Positions 13,776 to 25,312 of a stretch of DNA of 32,311 bases are shown here, one piece after another. The translations under genes and the position numbers were made by a program. The DNA comes from a virus (Duplodnaviria; Heunggongvirae; Uroviricota; Caudoviricetes): IMG/VR virus record IMGVR_UViG_3300009193_000001; one strand, 5' to 3'. The notes under the pieces were generated by a model. That model worked only from the letters and a program-made list of their open reading frames with translations, was not told where the DNA came from and did no database searches. Each line of letters starts with the position of its first letter. The stretch's first letter is position 1.

Positions 13776-15371
13776 ATGAATGCATTACAACAAGCAGTAG
13801 CACTTTCTTTAGCGACATCAGCAGTTCCAGCAAGCTTAGCGAAAGACGTTTATAAAGAATTTCACCCATTCGCTTACCATCCTGAAGTTGTAGAAGTATA
13901 TGCAAATTATATCAATCGTTCAGGCAAACTAACAAACATCCCACAAGAAATTAATCTAGGCGGTGTCGTGAATCTAGGCTCACAACGTTTTTGTATGGAC
14001 TTCTTGATTGGCGAATTCAACGCAACATTCTTTAACTTACCAGTAGATGTAGCAATCGAACAACATGCTCGTATTATTCGTGCAATGTTGGGTAAAGAGT
14101 TTGATGATACTCGTTTACGCCAGTTACATAATTTAGGTTATATGCCTTTACGTGTTAAAACTATTAAAGAAGGTACAATCGTCCCATATGGTGTTGCTAC
14201 AGTGACTGTCGTTTCTACCAAAGTCGGCTTCCAATGGTTAACTAATTCAATTGAAACTGTTATGTCTTGTGAAATTTCTGGCATTTCTACCTCATGTACA
14301 ACAGCAACAGCATACATGAAGGTGTTCTACGAGTTCGCAATCAAAACTGGCTTACCGTTAGAAATGGTGCCATTCCAAGGCCATGACTTCTCAATGCGTG
14401 GTATGATATTTGGGCGTCAGGGAGCTTATATCAGCGGTCTTGGTCATTTAGCTAGTGGATTGGTTGGAACTGATACTATCGGTGCCGTGTGTCTCGCTGA
14501 GAGATTCTACAAAGCCAATATCGAGAAAGAATTGGTTGGCTGTTCGGTTGACGCCACAGAACATAGCGTAACATGTAGCTGGATAGAAGAAGGCGAAGAA
14601 GAATTTGTTAAATACTTAATGAATATCGCTTCACCTAAAGGTATCTTATCTATCGTTGCCGATACATGGGACTTCGAGAACTTTGTAACTAAAATCCTTC
14701 CACGATTGAAAGATGCAATTATGGCTCGTGACGGTACGGTTGTCATTCGTCCAGATACTGGTTGTCCGGTTAAAGTATTGACTGGCTACACTAGCGACGA
14801 AATCGAAATCGATGATACGTTCGACCGTGTGTTCTGTAAAGAAACCAGAAAAGAATTATCAGCTTTTGAAGTTAAAGGTTTGATTGAAACGTTATGGGAC
14901 ATCTTTGGTGGCACCCATACTACTGGCACCGACGGTAAGCAATACAAATTACTTGATGAACATATCGGTGCAATCTACGGTGATAGCATAACTCTAGAAC
15001 GTCAGCGTTTAATCCTTCAGCGTTTAATGGATAAAGGCTTCACTTCTAAAGTAGTGCTTGGTATTGGCTCTTACACGTACCAATACGTTACTCGCGACAC
15101 TCATGGTTCTGCTGTTAAAGCAACAAGCATGGTTAAATGTGACCGTCGTGTAGCAATCTTCAAATCTCCGAAAGGTTTTGAGTTTAAGAAATCAGCGAAA
15201 GGTTTACTATATGTTGGCCGCGATGAAGATGGCAATATCTACCAAGAAGAAGATGTCAGCGTAGAGCGGGAGCAAGAAGGTTTACTTGAAACGATTTTCC
15301 TTGATGGTGAAATGATGAACACTACATCACTACAAGAAATTCGTCAGCGTATATTCGAGCAAATAACTTAA
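13776..15371 (+). CDS. nadV: Nicotinamide phosphoribosyltransferase-like protein (candidate NARP1 Namat)
   Basis: DVYK, HDFSMRG, ATEHS, SIVADTWD, VVIRPDTG, IYGDSIT, KKSAKG; start moved to 13776. Confidence 0.93.
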   Translation: MNALQQAVALSLATSAVPASLAKDVYKEFHPFAYHPEVVEVYANYINRSGKLTNIPQEINLGGVVNLGSQRFCMDFLIGEFNATFFNLPVDVAIEQHARIIRAMLGKEFDDTRLRQLHNLGYMPLRVKTIKEGTIVPYGVATVTVVSTKVGFQWLTNSIETVMSCEISGISTSCTTATAYMKVFYEFAIKTGLPLEMVPFQGHDFSMRGMIFGRQGAYISGLGHLASGLVGTDTIGAVCLAERFYKANIEKELVGCSVDATEHSVTCSWIEEGEEEFVKYLMNIASPKGILSIVADTWDFENFVTKILPRLKDAIMARDGTVVIRPDTGCPVKVLTGYTSDEIEIDDTFDRVFCKETRKELSAFEVKGLIETLWDIFGGTHTTGTDGKQYKLLDEHIGAIYGDSITLERQRLILQRLMDKGFTSKVVLGIGSYTYQYVTRDTHGSAVKATSMVKCDRRVAIFKSPKGFEFKKSAKGLLYVGRDEDGNIYQEEDVSVEREQEGLLETIFLDGEMMNTTSLQEIRQRIFEQIT

Positions 15372-15379
15372 ATTGATAG

Positions 15380-15415
15380 TTGACTTTACACTGGGACTCT
15401 ATATAATGAGTCCCA
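15380..15415 (+). promoter_or_regulatory. Sigma70 promoter with stem-loop over -10 (PeSL-like)
   Basis: TTGACT-16-TATAAT; arms TGGGACTC/GAGTCCCA; 15376-15437 is identical to 25245-25306. Confidence 0.85.
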
Positions 15416-15444
15416 ACATAAAGATAACTTACTGGAGCAATCAC

Positions 15445-16481
<1,037 letters not shown>

Positions 16482-16490
16482 GAGAAAATA

Positions 16491-17912
16491 ATGGCACTAT
16501 CAGATTCGGAAATGTCCGGTATCGTATTAGCCAACATTCTACATAACGAATGGTATGCAACAAAAGTATTGCCATATGTAGAACCAGACTACTTCGAAAC
16601 GGACCAAACGGAAAGAGCGATTGCTGAAGTAGTACTGAGCCATTATAATAATTATTCTGTCATTCCTAGTGTCCAAGAGGTTGTCGTAAACTTAAAGAAA
16701 TTAGATTACGTCAACCAATTAGATATAAATACAGTAAATAATATACTTGGCGACAAAAGCTATATAGTTAGTTCGAATGATTGGTTATTGAAGGAAACAG
16801 AAAACTTCGTTAAACGCAAGAAAGTTAGCTTGACTTTTGCCGACACATATAAAGACTTTGATAATGGTGAGCTTGGTGATGACTTTGCCCATAAATTTCA
16901 GTTGGCTTCAGCGTTTCAGTTCGACAATTCGGTTGGTCATGGTTTAGTTGCTGATGCGCACACCCGTTGGGAAATGTACACTGCGGTGGAAGCTAAACAT
17001 AAATTCTACATTGAAATGTTAGATAAAGTTACTAACGGTGGTATGGAGATGGGAACACTTAATGTGTTTCTTGCTGGTACTGGTGTTGGTAAATCTTTAG
17101 TTATGGGTGATATAGCCGCTAAGGCAGCAATGCATGGCTCTAAAGTATTGGTAATATCGTTAGAAATGGCAGAAGTTAAATTAGCAGAACGTGTCGAAGC
17201 CAACCTAATGAATGTACCCGTATTGAGCATGAAGCATATGTCTAAGCCGGAGTTTACGGTTAAGCAAGATGTAATGATTAAGAAATTACAACAGTCTGGT
17301 GGTGAGGTATATTTTAAACAGTATCCAACCAAATCAGCACATTCTGGACATTTTCGTAATCTTCTGATTGAGTACAAAAATAAACTAGGTATTGATTTTG
17401 ATTTGATTGTTATCGATTACCTTAACATTTGTGCCAGTCAAAATGCACCTAAAGGTAGTAACTCATACACTGAGGTTAAATCAGTAGCTGAAGAATTACG
17501 TGCACTTGCAATTGAGTTTCAGTTGCCTATACTATCAGCGACTCAGTCAAACAAGGCCGGACAAGACGCAACAGATTTAACATTAGATAATGTTTCGGAA
17601 TCCCATGGTTTATCCGTGACAGTCGATTGTTTAATTGGTATCATCTCTCATGCTGATTGGGAGAAGGTGGGACAAATATTATTTGTTCAGCTTAAGAATC
17701 GATACGGTGCGTTGGATTATTATCGTAAATTTATGGTGGGTATAACTCGTGCCAAGATGCAGCTATTCGATTTGAAACAAGAAGCATCCGACCAATTAAA
17801 TAAAGATAACAATGTACAAGCCACCGAGTCTAGCGTAAAATTAGATTTTGGTGTGGCGAATAAAGCCGAAAAAAACGAGAAACTTAAATTCTTAAATACA
17901 GGAGAAAAATAA
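16491..17912 (+). CDS. gp41: T4 gp41-like (DnaB family) replicative helicase
   Basis: AGTGVGKS Walker A, ISLEMAE, KQYPT, VIDYLNICAS, EELRALA, SATQSNK, SESHG, QLKNRYG. Confidence 0.95.
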   Translation: MALSDSEMSGIVLANILHNEWYATKVLPYVEPDYFETDQTERAIAEVVLSHYNNYSVIPSVQEVVVNLKKLDYVNQLDINTVNNILGDKSYIVSSNDWLLKETENFVKRKKVSLTFADTYKDFDNGELGDDFAHKFQLASAFQFDNSVGHGLVADAHTRWEMYTAVEAKHKFYIEMLDKVTNGGMEMGTLNVFLAGTGVGKSLVMGDIAAKAAMHGSKVLVISLEMAEVKLAERVEANLMNVPVLSMKHMSKPEFTVKQDVMIKKLQQSGGEVYFKQYPTKSAHSGHFRNLLIEYKNKLGIDFDLIVIDYLNICASQNAPKGSNSYTEVKSVAEELRALAIEFQLPILSATQSNKAGQDATDLTLDNVSESHGLSVTVDCLIGIISHADWEKVGQILFVQLKNRYGALDYYRKFMVGITRAKMQLFDLKQEASDQLNKDNNVQATESSVKLDFGVANKAEKNEKLKFLNTGEK

Positions 17913-17913
17913 T

Positions 17914-20900
17914 TTGAATATTAATAATGTAGAATTCCACATCGATGTGGATGTGGAAGCAGAGACCAAGCTCCAACAAATGATGGAGCACGTAATAAAA
18001 CGCAATGGCGAAAAGGTAAAGTTCGTACCATCAAAATTGAATAAGTGGGCAGAGTGGGCTTGTAGTGGTCTATTTGGCGTTTCGTGGTCAGACATTGTCA
18101 TGAAGGCCGTTAAGTCTGGTTATGATGGCATGCGCACAGAAGAGCTACAACGATGTTTAATCGATGCATGTATCTCGATGGTAGAAGTCAACACCGATTA
18201 CGAGAAAGTTGCTTCACGCCTCTATTTGGCAGACCTACGTAAGCGTGTATACGGTAAATACACACCACCAAACTTTATCGAGTTCTATAATAGTATGGTA
18301 ACTCGTGGATTGTGGGAAGATATGGGATACACCACCAATGAACTTACTGATATATCAAAACATATTGACCATGACCGTGACGATAAATTCCCATATTCTG
18401 GCCTACGTCAAATGGGCGATAAATACCTGATGCGTAATAAAGTCACTGGGGAGCTATACGAGACGCCACAGTTCCTTTATATGGGTTTAGCTATGGCATC
18501 ATTCCGTGGTGAGCCTTTGATTGATTTATTGGACTTCTATGACCGTTTAAGTATGCATAAAGTTAATGTACCAACACCACCATTGGTTGGTTGCCGAACA
18601 TCAGACAAAGGTTTTGCGTCTTGTTGCTTAATATCTGGTGGCGATACCGCGGACTCCATTGAAGCCGCAGGGCATATCGTTTATCAAATGGTCAAGAACC
18701 GTTCAGGTATTGGTATCGAATTGGAAACTCGCGGACCAAATGAGCCAGTAAAAAATGGGCTTGTTCTGCATAATGGTAAAATGAATTATTACCGTATGAT
18801 TGATGCATTAACTAAGGCAAACACTCAAGAGTGTTATGATGACCAAACTGATGTATTAACGAAACGTGGATTTGTTAAGTTTTCGGAATTAGTTGATGGT
18901 GATTTGGTTGCACAAGTACACAACGACCAAACGGTAGATTTTGTTAAACCGACAAAAATGTTTTCTTATGACTATAAAGGGGATATGATATCGTTCAAAA
19001 AACGGGGCATCGATTTACTAGTAACACCGAATCACCGAATGGTTTCACGTAAAGTAAAATACGATGATGCGAGTCAACAAACATCTTTAGGTTATGATGA
19101 GTGTTCCGCTGAGTTTTGGAACCCGAAACGCACCGATTGTTTGGATTTTGGTGGGTCCGCAACTGGCAAATTGCAAACATTAAGCTGGATGCAACAGTTA
19201 CAGATTGCATATCAGGCCGATGGTTATAAAATCAAAAATAAAGATTCATATTCTTATATATTTGGTTTTAAGAAATTAAGAAAGGTTGAGCGCCTGATTG
19301 AAATATTGAGCAACCTCGACGCCTGTTACACCACCAATGTACGACCAGATGGAGTAACCGAGATACGTATTCTTGCGAGCGATATGAATATGAAAAAATC
19401 ACTATCTTGGGTGTATGATTTGGACATATCATCTGAATGGGGCGAAGAATTTATCGAAGAATTGAGGTACTGGGATGGAGACTTAAAGAAACATGGTCGT
19501 GGTGGTATCGTATATAACACCTCAGATATAACATGTGCAGATGTTGTGCAGTATGTAGCATCTTTAGTTCCAATGAAAAGTAGTGTCGGGTTATATGGTG
19601 GTGTATATAGAGTCACGTGCTTCACTGATGTTGGTTATATGACAGGGGAATCTACACGAAAATCAACCATGGATTATGATGGTGTCGTTTATTGTGTGGA
19701 AGTACCAACGAATAATTTAATTGTCCGTCGTGGTGGTTATACGACCGTATGTGGAAACTCACGTGGTGGTAGTGCCACTATGCAATTTGCATTCTTCGAC
19801 CCAGAAGTGACTACGTTATTAAAGTTGCGTAATCCAAAAACTGTTGATAAATCGCGTATCGATACAATGGATTATTCATTCGCAGTAAACAAATATTTCT
19901 GGTCACAGTATGTACAGGACGGACAAATTGCATTAATATCACCATATTATGGACCGGACACACATAAGGCATTTTACGGTAAAGATATACATGCATTTAT
20001 TGAAGCATATGAACGCGAAGTTAAGCAATGGAAAGATGCTAAAGTTATCCGATTAGAAGATGGTAGCATGGTTAGTCCAATTAAATATATCAAAGCAAAA
20101 GAATTGCTAGAAGTATTTGCAGACCAACGAAGTGATACAGCCAGAATTTATATGCATAATATCGATGAAACCAATCGACGTTCTACATATAAAGACCCTG
20201 TACGACAAAGCAACTTATGCCTTGAGATTGTAGAACCGACATCACCATATAGCCACATCACAGACCTATATTCGATTGATGGCAAAAACCCAATTTTCGG
20301 AAACGATGTAGATGGTGAATCAGCATTATGTAATTTGGGTGGTGTGGTTGTTAACCGTATCGAAAATGATGCAGATTACGAACGAACTACATATTTGCTA
20401 GTGAAGTTTATCGATAACATTATCGAAATGCAAACATACCCGTTTCCTCATATGGAATTTACATCGAAAAATCGACGTAATGTTGGTGTTGGTATTATAA
20501 ACTTAGCACATGCCATGGCAGAGCGCGGTTTAAGTTATGCTAGTCGTGCTGGTAGAAATTATATGCACCACGAAGCCGAACGTATGAGCTTTTTCTTGCA
20601 TAAAGCATCGATACGATTGGCAAAGGAAAAAGGACAATGTGATTGGTTCCATAAAACTACTTACAGTGATGGCGTATTACCAATAGATAACTTTAATAAG
20701 TTCGTTGACGAGTACGTTGATGGTACGCTACGCTACGATTGGGAAGCCTTACGTATAGATATGGCAACATACGGTATGCGTAATAGCGTATTATAAGCTT
20801 ATATGCCAAGTGAATCGTCTTCGGTTACTATAGGCTGCACCAACGGTATTGAGCCAGCACGTCAGCACATGATAGTGAAGTCTAGTAGACAGGGGGATAT

Positions 20901-21189
20901 TCCACAAATCGTGCCAGATTTCGACAAGTTACAGTTTGACTATGAATTGGCGTTTGATATTCCAGCAGAAGAATATTTGATTGCGATGGCAGTTTTGCAA
21001 AAATTCACTGGGCAATCAATATCAACTAATGTATACTACGACCTTAATAAGTTCGAAGACCGAATGGTGCCTTTATCATTAATCGTTCGACACTTATTAT
21101 TATTCACTAAGTTGGGTGGTAAGACACTTTATTACCATAACAGTGATGTCAGTATCAAGAAAGATGAATGCGAAAATTGTAGCATTTAG
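17914..21189 (+). CDS. nrdA: Class Ia ribonucleotide reductase alpha subunit with intein and one in-frame TAA at 20794-20796
   Basis: ATP-cone-like N-terminus, VPTPPL, ASCCL, QSNLCLE, LCNL, then RNSVL*AYMPSESSS..NGIEP..KTLYY..CENC continuing in the same frame; TTG start. Confidence 0.92.
18832..19758 (+). mobile_element. Intein (309 aa) with LAGLIDADG-type endonuclease inside NrdA
   Basis: Starts CYDDQTDVLT; block B VTPNHRM; IAYQADG and LRYWDG motifs; ends VYCVEVPTNNLIVRRGGYTTVCGN followed by Ser(+1). Confidence 0.92.
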
Positions 21190-21192
21190 TTG

Positions 21193-21228
21193 TTGCATTT
21201 ACACTGGAACCTAGTAAATTAGGTTCCA
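21193..21228 (+). promoter_or_regulatory. Degenerate sigma70 promoter with stem-loop over -10 (PeSL-like)
   Basis: TTGCAT-16-TAAATT; same TGGAACCTA/TAGGTTCCA arms as at 12865. Confidence 0.65.
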
Positions 21229-21254
21229 AAATAAATTTAACAATGGAGAAAAAT

Positions 21255-21472
21255 ATGGATTTGCCAAATTTTATAAGAATAAGAACCAGCCATATGAAGA
21301 AAAATGGATATGAATATGTCACTAGGGGGTGGTCGTTACCCATAACCCACATAAAAATGTCGACGGTAAACTTTTTGTTGATGGTTTTATGTCACATATA
21401 AACGGCTTAGAAATACTAGCAATAACAGAAGAAGCGTATAACGAAAACCAAAACCCACAAAAACACATTTAG
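21255..21472 (+). pseudogene. Small hypothetical gene (~72 aa) split by a frameshift in a G5 run
   Basis: MDLPNF...YVTR from a GGAG-led ATG; restoring one G at 21325-21329 joins GVVVTHNPHKNV...QKHI*, whose TAG overlaps the nrdB RBS. Confidence 0.55.
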
Positions 21473-21480
21473 GAGAAACT

Positions 21481-22644
21481 ATGACAATTTTCAATAAAGA
21501 ACGAAAGTACACTGACGGTACAAAGCAACACTATCCGCTATTTTTGGGCGAAGACTTATCATTAAAAGATGGTATCGACGTAACATACCCACAAATCGAA
21601 GAACTAATATTTAAGCAACGTGCAAATTTCTGGCATGAGCAGACCGTGGACATGTCAAAGGACAGAACGCAGTTCCCAACACTACCAGTAAAGATGCAAG
21701 ACATATCGGTATTAAATTTAGCATGGCAAAGCAATGCAGACTCGATTGCTGGCCGAGCACCTATAGCTGCGCTTATGCCGTTTGTAACGAACCCAGAATT
21801 GGAAGAGTTACTAAACTATTGGCAATTATTCGAACAAATCCATTCACGCACATATCAGCATATCATTAAAACGGTATTCCCTGACCCAGCAGTAATTCGA
21901 AATAAAGTGGCAAACTTAGAACAATCTATGGACCGACTCGAAATCATTACATCCGAATTTACTAAGTTGGAAGGTATGGGTGCTGTATATACATTATATA
22001 AAAGTGATGAGCGATATAATGTAGTATTCGATATGAGCCAGCCAGAAATAAAGAAAGAAATTTACACCCAAATCATTCGTGCTGTTGGTGCATTATATGC
22101 TATGGAGTCATTGCAGTTTATGGCGTCATTTGCATGCACATTTGCATTAGCTAACCAAAAAGTTTTAACTGGTACTTGCGACCAAGTTAAGAAAATCGCC
22201 AAGGATGAGAAATTGCACGTCTCGTTTGGTAAGGCGATATTGGACATTCTGGCCAAAGACCCAACCACTGCGGAAATATATAAAGAAAATCTACCATACT
22301 TGAAGGAAGTTATGGACGCTACAGTCCAAGCTGAATACATGTGGGCTGATTATTTATTCTCTGAAGGTCGGCAGGTTATTGGACTGAATGCAATTTTAAC
22401 CAAAGAATATCTCGATTACTTATCAACAATTGCATACGCTGATGTTGGTTTAGTATACGGGAACCCACTACACGAACATCCAATCAATTGGGTGGAAACC
22501 TACTTCAATCCAGAAAAAGTTCAGGTAGCACCACAAGAGCGTGATAATACAAATTACACAATCGGAAGTGTTCGGAACGATTTAGGTGAGTTGACGTTTG
22601 ATAATGGTTGTATGGGGTTTTCATCGGGAGACTTCATTTATTAA
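21481..22644 (+). CDS. nrdB: Class Ia ribonucleotide reductase beta subunit
   Basis: NFWHE, ADS, EQIHSRTY, ESLQFMASFACTF, DEKLH, QVAPQE. Confidence 0.95.
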   Translation: MTIFNKERKYTDGTKQHYPLFLGEDLSLKDGIDVTYPQIEELIFKQRANFWHEQTVDMSKDRTQFPTLPVKMQDISVLNLAWQSNADSIAGRAPIAALMPFVTNPELEELLNYWQLFEQIHSRTYQHIIKTVFPDPAVIRNKVANLEQSMDRLEIITSEFTKLEGMGAVYTLYKSDERYNVVFDMSQPEIKKEIYTQIIRAVGALYAMESLQFMASFACTFALANQKVLTGTCDQVKKIAKDEKLHVSFGKAILDILAKDPTTAEIYKENLPYLKEVMDATVQAEYMWADYLFSEGRQVIGLNAILTKEYLDYLSTIAYADVGLVYGNPLHEHPINWVETYFNPEKVQVAPQERDNTNYTIGSVRNDLGELTFDNGCMGFSSGDFIY

Positions 22645-22657
22645 CTAAGAGAAAAAA

Positions 22658-24409
22658 ATGACAACAGACAACCAAATATTGCAAATCATCGAATTGAAGA
22701 AAAATGGAATGAATCATCGCCAAATTTCTAAAGAAGTATTCGGTAAATCTTCGTCGGCATCCACTGTACATAGTGTGCTCAATAAACATTTTTACAACCA
22801 GAAAGAGCAGGTTAATAAAATGAAGCAGCAAGCAGTACAAGTTGCCGACGAGCTTAATGAAATAATTAGGTTGTCCAAGGAAGGCTTAACTAATGCAGAG
22901 ATATCCGAAGTCGTAGGGCGAAGTCCGACATCTATAGGTAAATTCCTTAACAGGAAAACACACGTAGAATTCTGGGAGTCTTACGACGAAAAGCCGATAT
23001 CAGGTGGAACTAAAATATCACCTACCGACCGTAAAAAGTTGGTAGGTAAACGTTTTGTCTTCACTTCTGCGCAAAACAATACCAACATACATAAGGAATT
23101 CTTTGAAGCATTAAAATTATTTTGTGCAGATAAAGGTGCCGAACTTATCGTTGGTACATTCAATTATAATAAAACCGGATTCCAAAATGGCCCGAGCGAG
23201 GATACATGGTTTGACCCAGCAATCAGGAACTACATATTAAACGAATCCAGAACGATATCAAACGATATGGTGTGGTGTGGTGAGCTTAGCATACTACCAA
23301 CCGCAGCAAATCCGGTATCTGGCTTCCATAGCTATACACAAAGTTCTGGTGGTATAATTCCACATGTTAAGGTACAACTAGAACCATTACCCAGAGCAAA
23401 CGGTAAATGTGTTAGACAATTATTTACGACAGGTGCAATCACGCAACAAAACTACGTACCACAAAAAGCCGGACAACAAGCTGGCTTTCATCATGTTTTT
23501 GGTGCAACATATGTAGAAGTTGATGATGATGGTCATTCTTTCGTTAGACAATTGATAGCAGAATCGGAAACGGGTTGCTTTTATGATTTGGATAAATATT
23601 ACACACCGAAAGCAATAACCAACGGGCATGCCATAGAAGCAATCAACTATGGTGATGTGCATGGTAGTAAGGTTGATGAGGTTGTGGCTGAAATTAGTTG
23701 GGGCGATAATAAACATTCTATATTAAATACTTTGAAGCCAAAGCACCAATTCCTTCATGATGTATTTGATATGAGTTATCGCAACCACCACAACATCAAA
23801 GACCCTTATTTCATGTATAAGATGCATGTTAATGGTACAGAGTCGGTTAAGAGCGAAGTGACTAATACAGCCGCGCTAATGGCTAGTATGATTAGACCAT
23901 TTTCTAAATTGGTGGTGGTAGAAAGTAACCATGACTTGGCACTGGAAAAATGGCTAAAAGAACAAGATTATCGTTACGACCCAGTGAATGCATTATTCTT
24001 CTTGGAGATGCAAACAGTCACATATCAGCACATGGCAAGAAATGAAGAGTTCCATATATTTGAGCATGCATGTCGTTTGGTTAACCCTAAACTACACCAA
24101 GCACAATTTTTAAGAACTGATGAAAGTTTTGTTATATGTGGTGACATTGAGTGTGGTGCTCATGGTCATAACGGCAATAACGGTGCTCGTGGTTCAATTC
24201 GGGCTTTCCAAATGTTAGGTACAAGATACAACACTGGCCATACGCATTCTGCGGCTATTAAGGATGGTGTTTATATTGCTGGCGTTAGTGGTAAGCTTCA
24301 GATGGGTTACAATAAAGGTGGTAGCTCTTGGAGCCAATCACATATATTAACCTACCCGAATGGCAAGAGAACTATAATTACAATAAAAAATGGAAAATGG
24401 CACGCTTAA
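22658..24409 (+). CDS. A1: T5 A1-like protein: tandem N-terminal HTH plus calcineurin-like metallophosphoesterase/nuclease
   Basis: RFVFTSAQNNT, YNKTGFQNG, YGDVH, QFLHDVFD, RNHHN, ESNHDLAL, HGHNGNNGARG, NTGHTH, SSWSQSHILTYPNGKRT, all as recalled for T5 A1. Confidence 0.85.
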   Translation: MTTDNQILQIIELKKNGMNHRQISKEVFGKSSSASTVHSVLNKHFYNQKEQVNKMKQQAVQVADELNEIIRLSKEGLTNAEISEVVGRSPTSIGKFLNRKTHVEFWESYDEKPISGGTKISPTDRKKLVGKRFVFTSAQNNTNIHKEFFEALKLFCADKGAELIVGTFNYNKTGFQNGPSEDTWFDPAIRNYILNESRTISNDMVWCGELSILPTAANPVSGFHSYTQSSGGIIPHVKVQLEPLPRANGKCVRQLFTTGAITQQNYVPQKAGQQAGFHHVFGATYVEVDDDGHSFVRQLIAESETGCFYDLDKYYTPKAITNGHAIEAINYGDVHGSKVDEVVAEISWGDNKHSILNTLKPKHQFLHDVFDMSYRNHHNIKDPYFMYKMHVNGTESVKSEVTNTAALMASMIRPFSKLVVVESNHDLALEKWLKEQDYRYDPVNALFFLEMQTVTYQHMARNEEFHIFEHACRLVNPKLHQAQFLRTDESFVICGDIECGAHGHNGNNGARGSIRAFQMLGTRYNTGHTHSAAIKDGVYIAGVSGKLQMGYNKGGSSWSQSHILTYPNGKRTIITIKNGKWHA

Positions 24410-24412
24410 GTG

Positions 24413-24452
24413 TTGACACTATATCTGGGGTATGTATAATGTACCCCAGATA
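24413..24452 (+). promoter_or_regulatory. Sigma70 promoter with stem-loop over -10 (PeSL-like)
   Basis: TTGACA-16-TATAAT; perfect 11-bp arms TATCTGGGGTA/TACCCCAGATA. Confidence 0.85.
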
Positions 24453-24473
24453 AACAAACAACTGGAGAAAATA

Positions 24474-24722
24474 ATGGTAGTAGATTCAGAAAAAGATGTA
24501 GTAATATTTGGTAAAGATAATTGCCCACACTGTGTAACTGCACAGAAATTATGTGTTGCAAATGACTTAACGTTCGAGTACAATAAGCTCGGTGAAGATT
24601 ATGGCGACGATAAGTTGGCTGAATTAGTAAATGGCACTGGCCAAAGAACATTCCCGTTTGTGTTCTCGCATAAATTTATCGGTGGCGCACAAGAATTAAA
24701 TAAACATATTAGAGGGATATAA
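24474..24722 (+). CDS. nrdC: Glutaredoxin (NrdC-like)
   Basis: CPHC active site, RTFPFVF, FIGGAQEL; start moved to 24474. Confidence 0.9.
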   Translation: MVVDSEKDVVIFGKDNCPHCVTAQKLCVANDLTFEYNKLGEDYGDDKLAELVNGTGQRTFPFVFSHKFIGGAQELNKHIRGI

Positions 24723-24723
24723 A

Positions 24724-25248
24724 ATGGCATTAACTAAACACGAAAAAATCGAATGGGAAAAGCGCGTTCGACAAGGCGTATTCTGGCAAGTTGGTGTAGA
24801 AATCCGCACAGAACGTCGTGGCACATATATCAATATTCTGCGACACTTTGATGGTAACTTGAAGGGTGTACCTAAAATTACTCGCGGTTTGTGGGGTAAA
24901 GCTCAATTCGCTAAGGGCCAAGTCATTGATGAGTTTGTCAAGTCTGAGTTTGATGCTGGTTGTATGTTGCGTGATGCACCGGAGCATATCATCGACGATA
25001 TCGTTTTTGATACTGGTCATCTACACAAGTACATCAAAGATTTATTTGTTGATGCATACTTCAAAAATAACTATGAAGAAATCGTTGCTGGTGTAAAACA
25101 TTGGACCACGATGAAAAGTCTTCTTAATTCGGTTAACCCAGTACAGGCCGCTGAAGATTTAGCCAACGAGCTAAAGAAAGAAGATGCAGATGCTGAAGTC
25201 ACCGAAGAAATGTTAGAAAAGGCGCAGGTAAAAATATTAAATAAATAG
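24724..25248 (+). CDS. Hypothetical protein
   Basis: 174 aa, GAGGG RBS. Confidence 0.75.
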   Translation: MALTKHEKIEWEKRVRQGVFWQVGVEIRTERRGTYINILRHFDGNLKGVPKITRGLWGKAQFAKGQVIDEFVKSEFDAGCMLRDAPEHIIDDIVFDTGHLHKYIKDLFVDAYFKNNYEEIVAGVKHWTTMKSLLNSVNPVQAAEDLANELKKEDADAEVTEEMLEKAQVKILNK

Positions 25249-25284
25249 TTGACTTTACACTGGGACTCTATATAATGAGTCCCA
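25249..25284 (+). promoter_or_regulatory. Sigma70 promoter with stem-loop over -10 (PeSL-like)
   Basis: Exact copy of the 15380 cassette. Confidence 0.85.
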
Positions 25285-25312
25285 ACATAAAGATAACTTA
25301 CTGGAGAATTTT

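Noticed and set aside
20803-21189. 128-aa ORF as an independent gene
   Set aside because: It is the in-frame C-terminus of NrdA and has no RBS.
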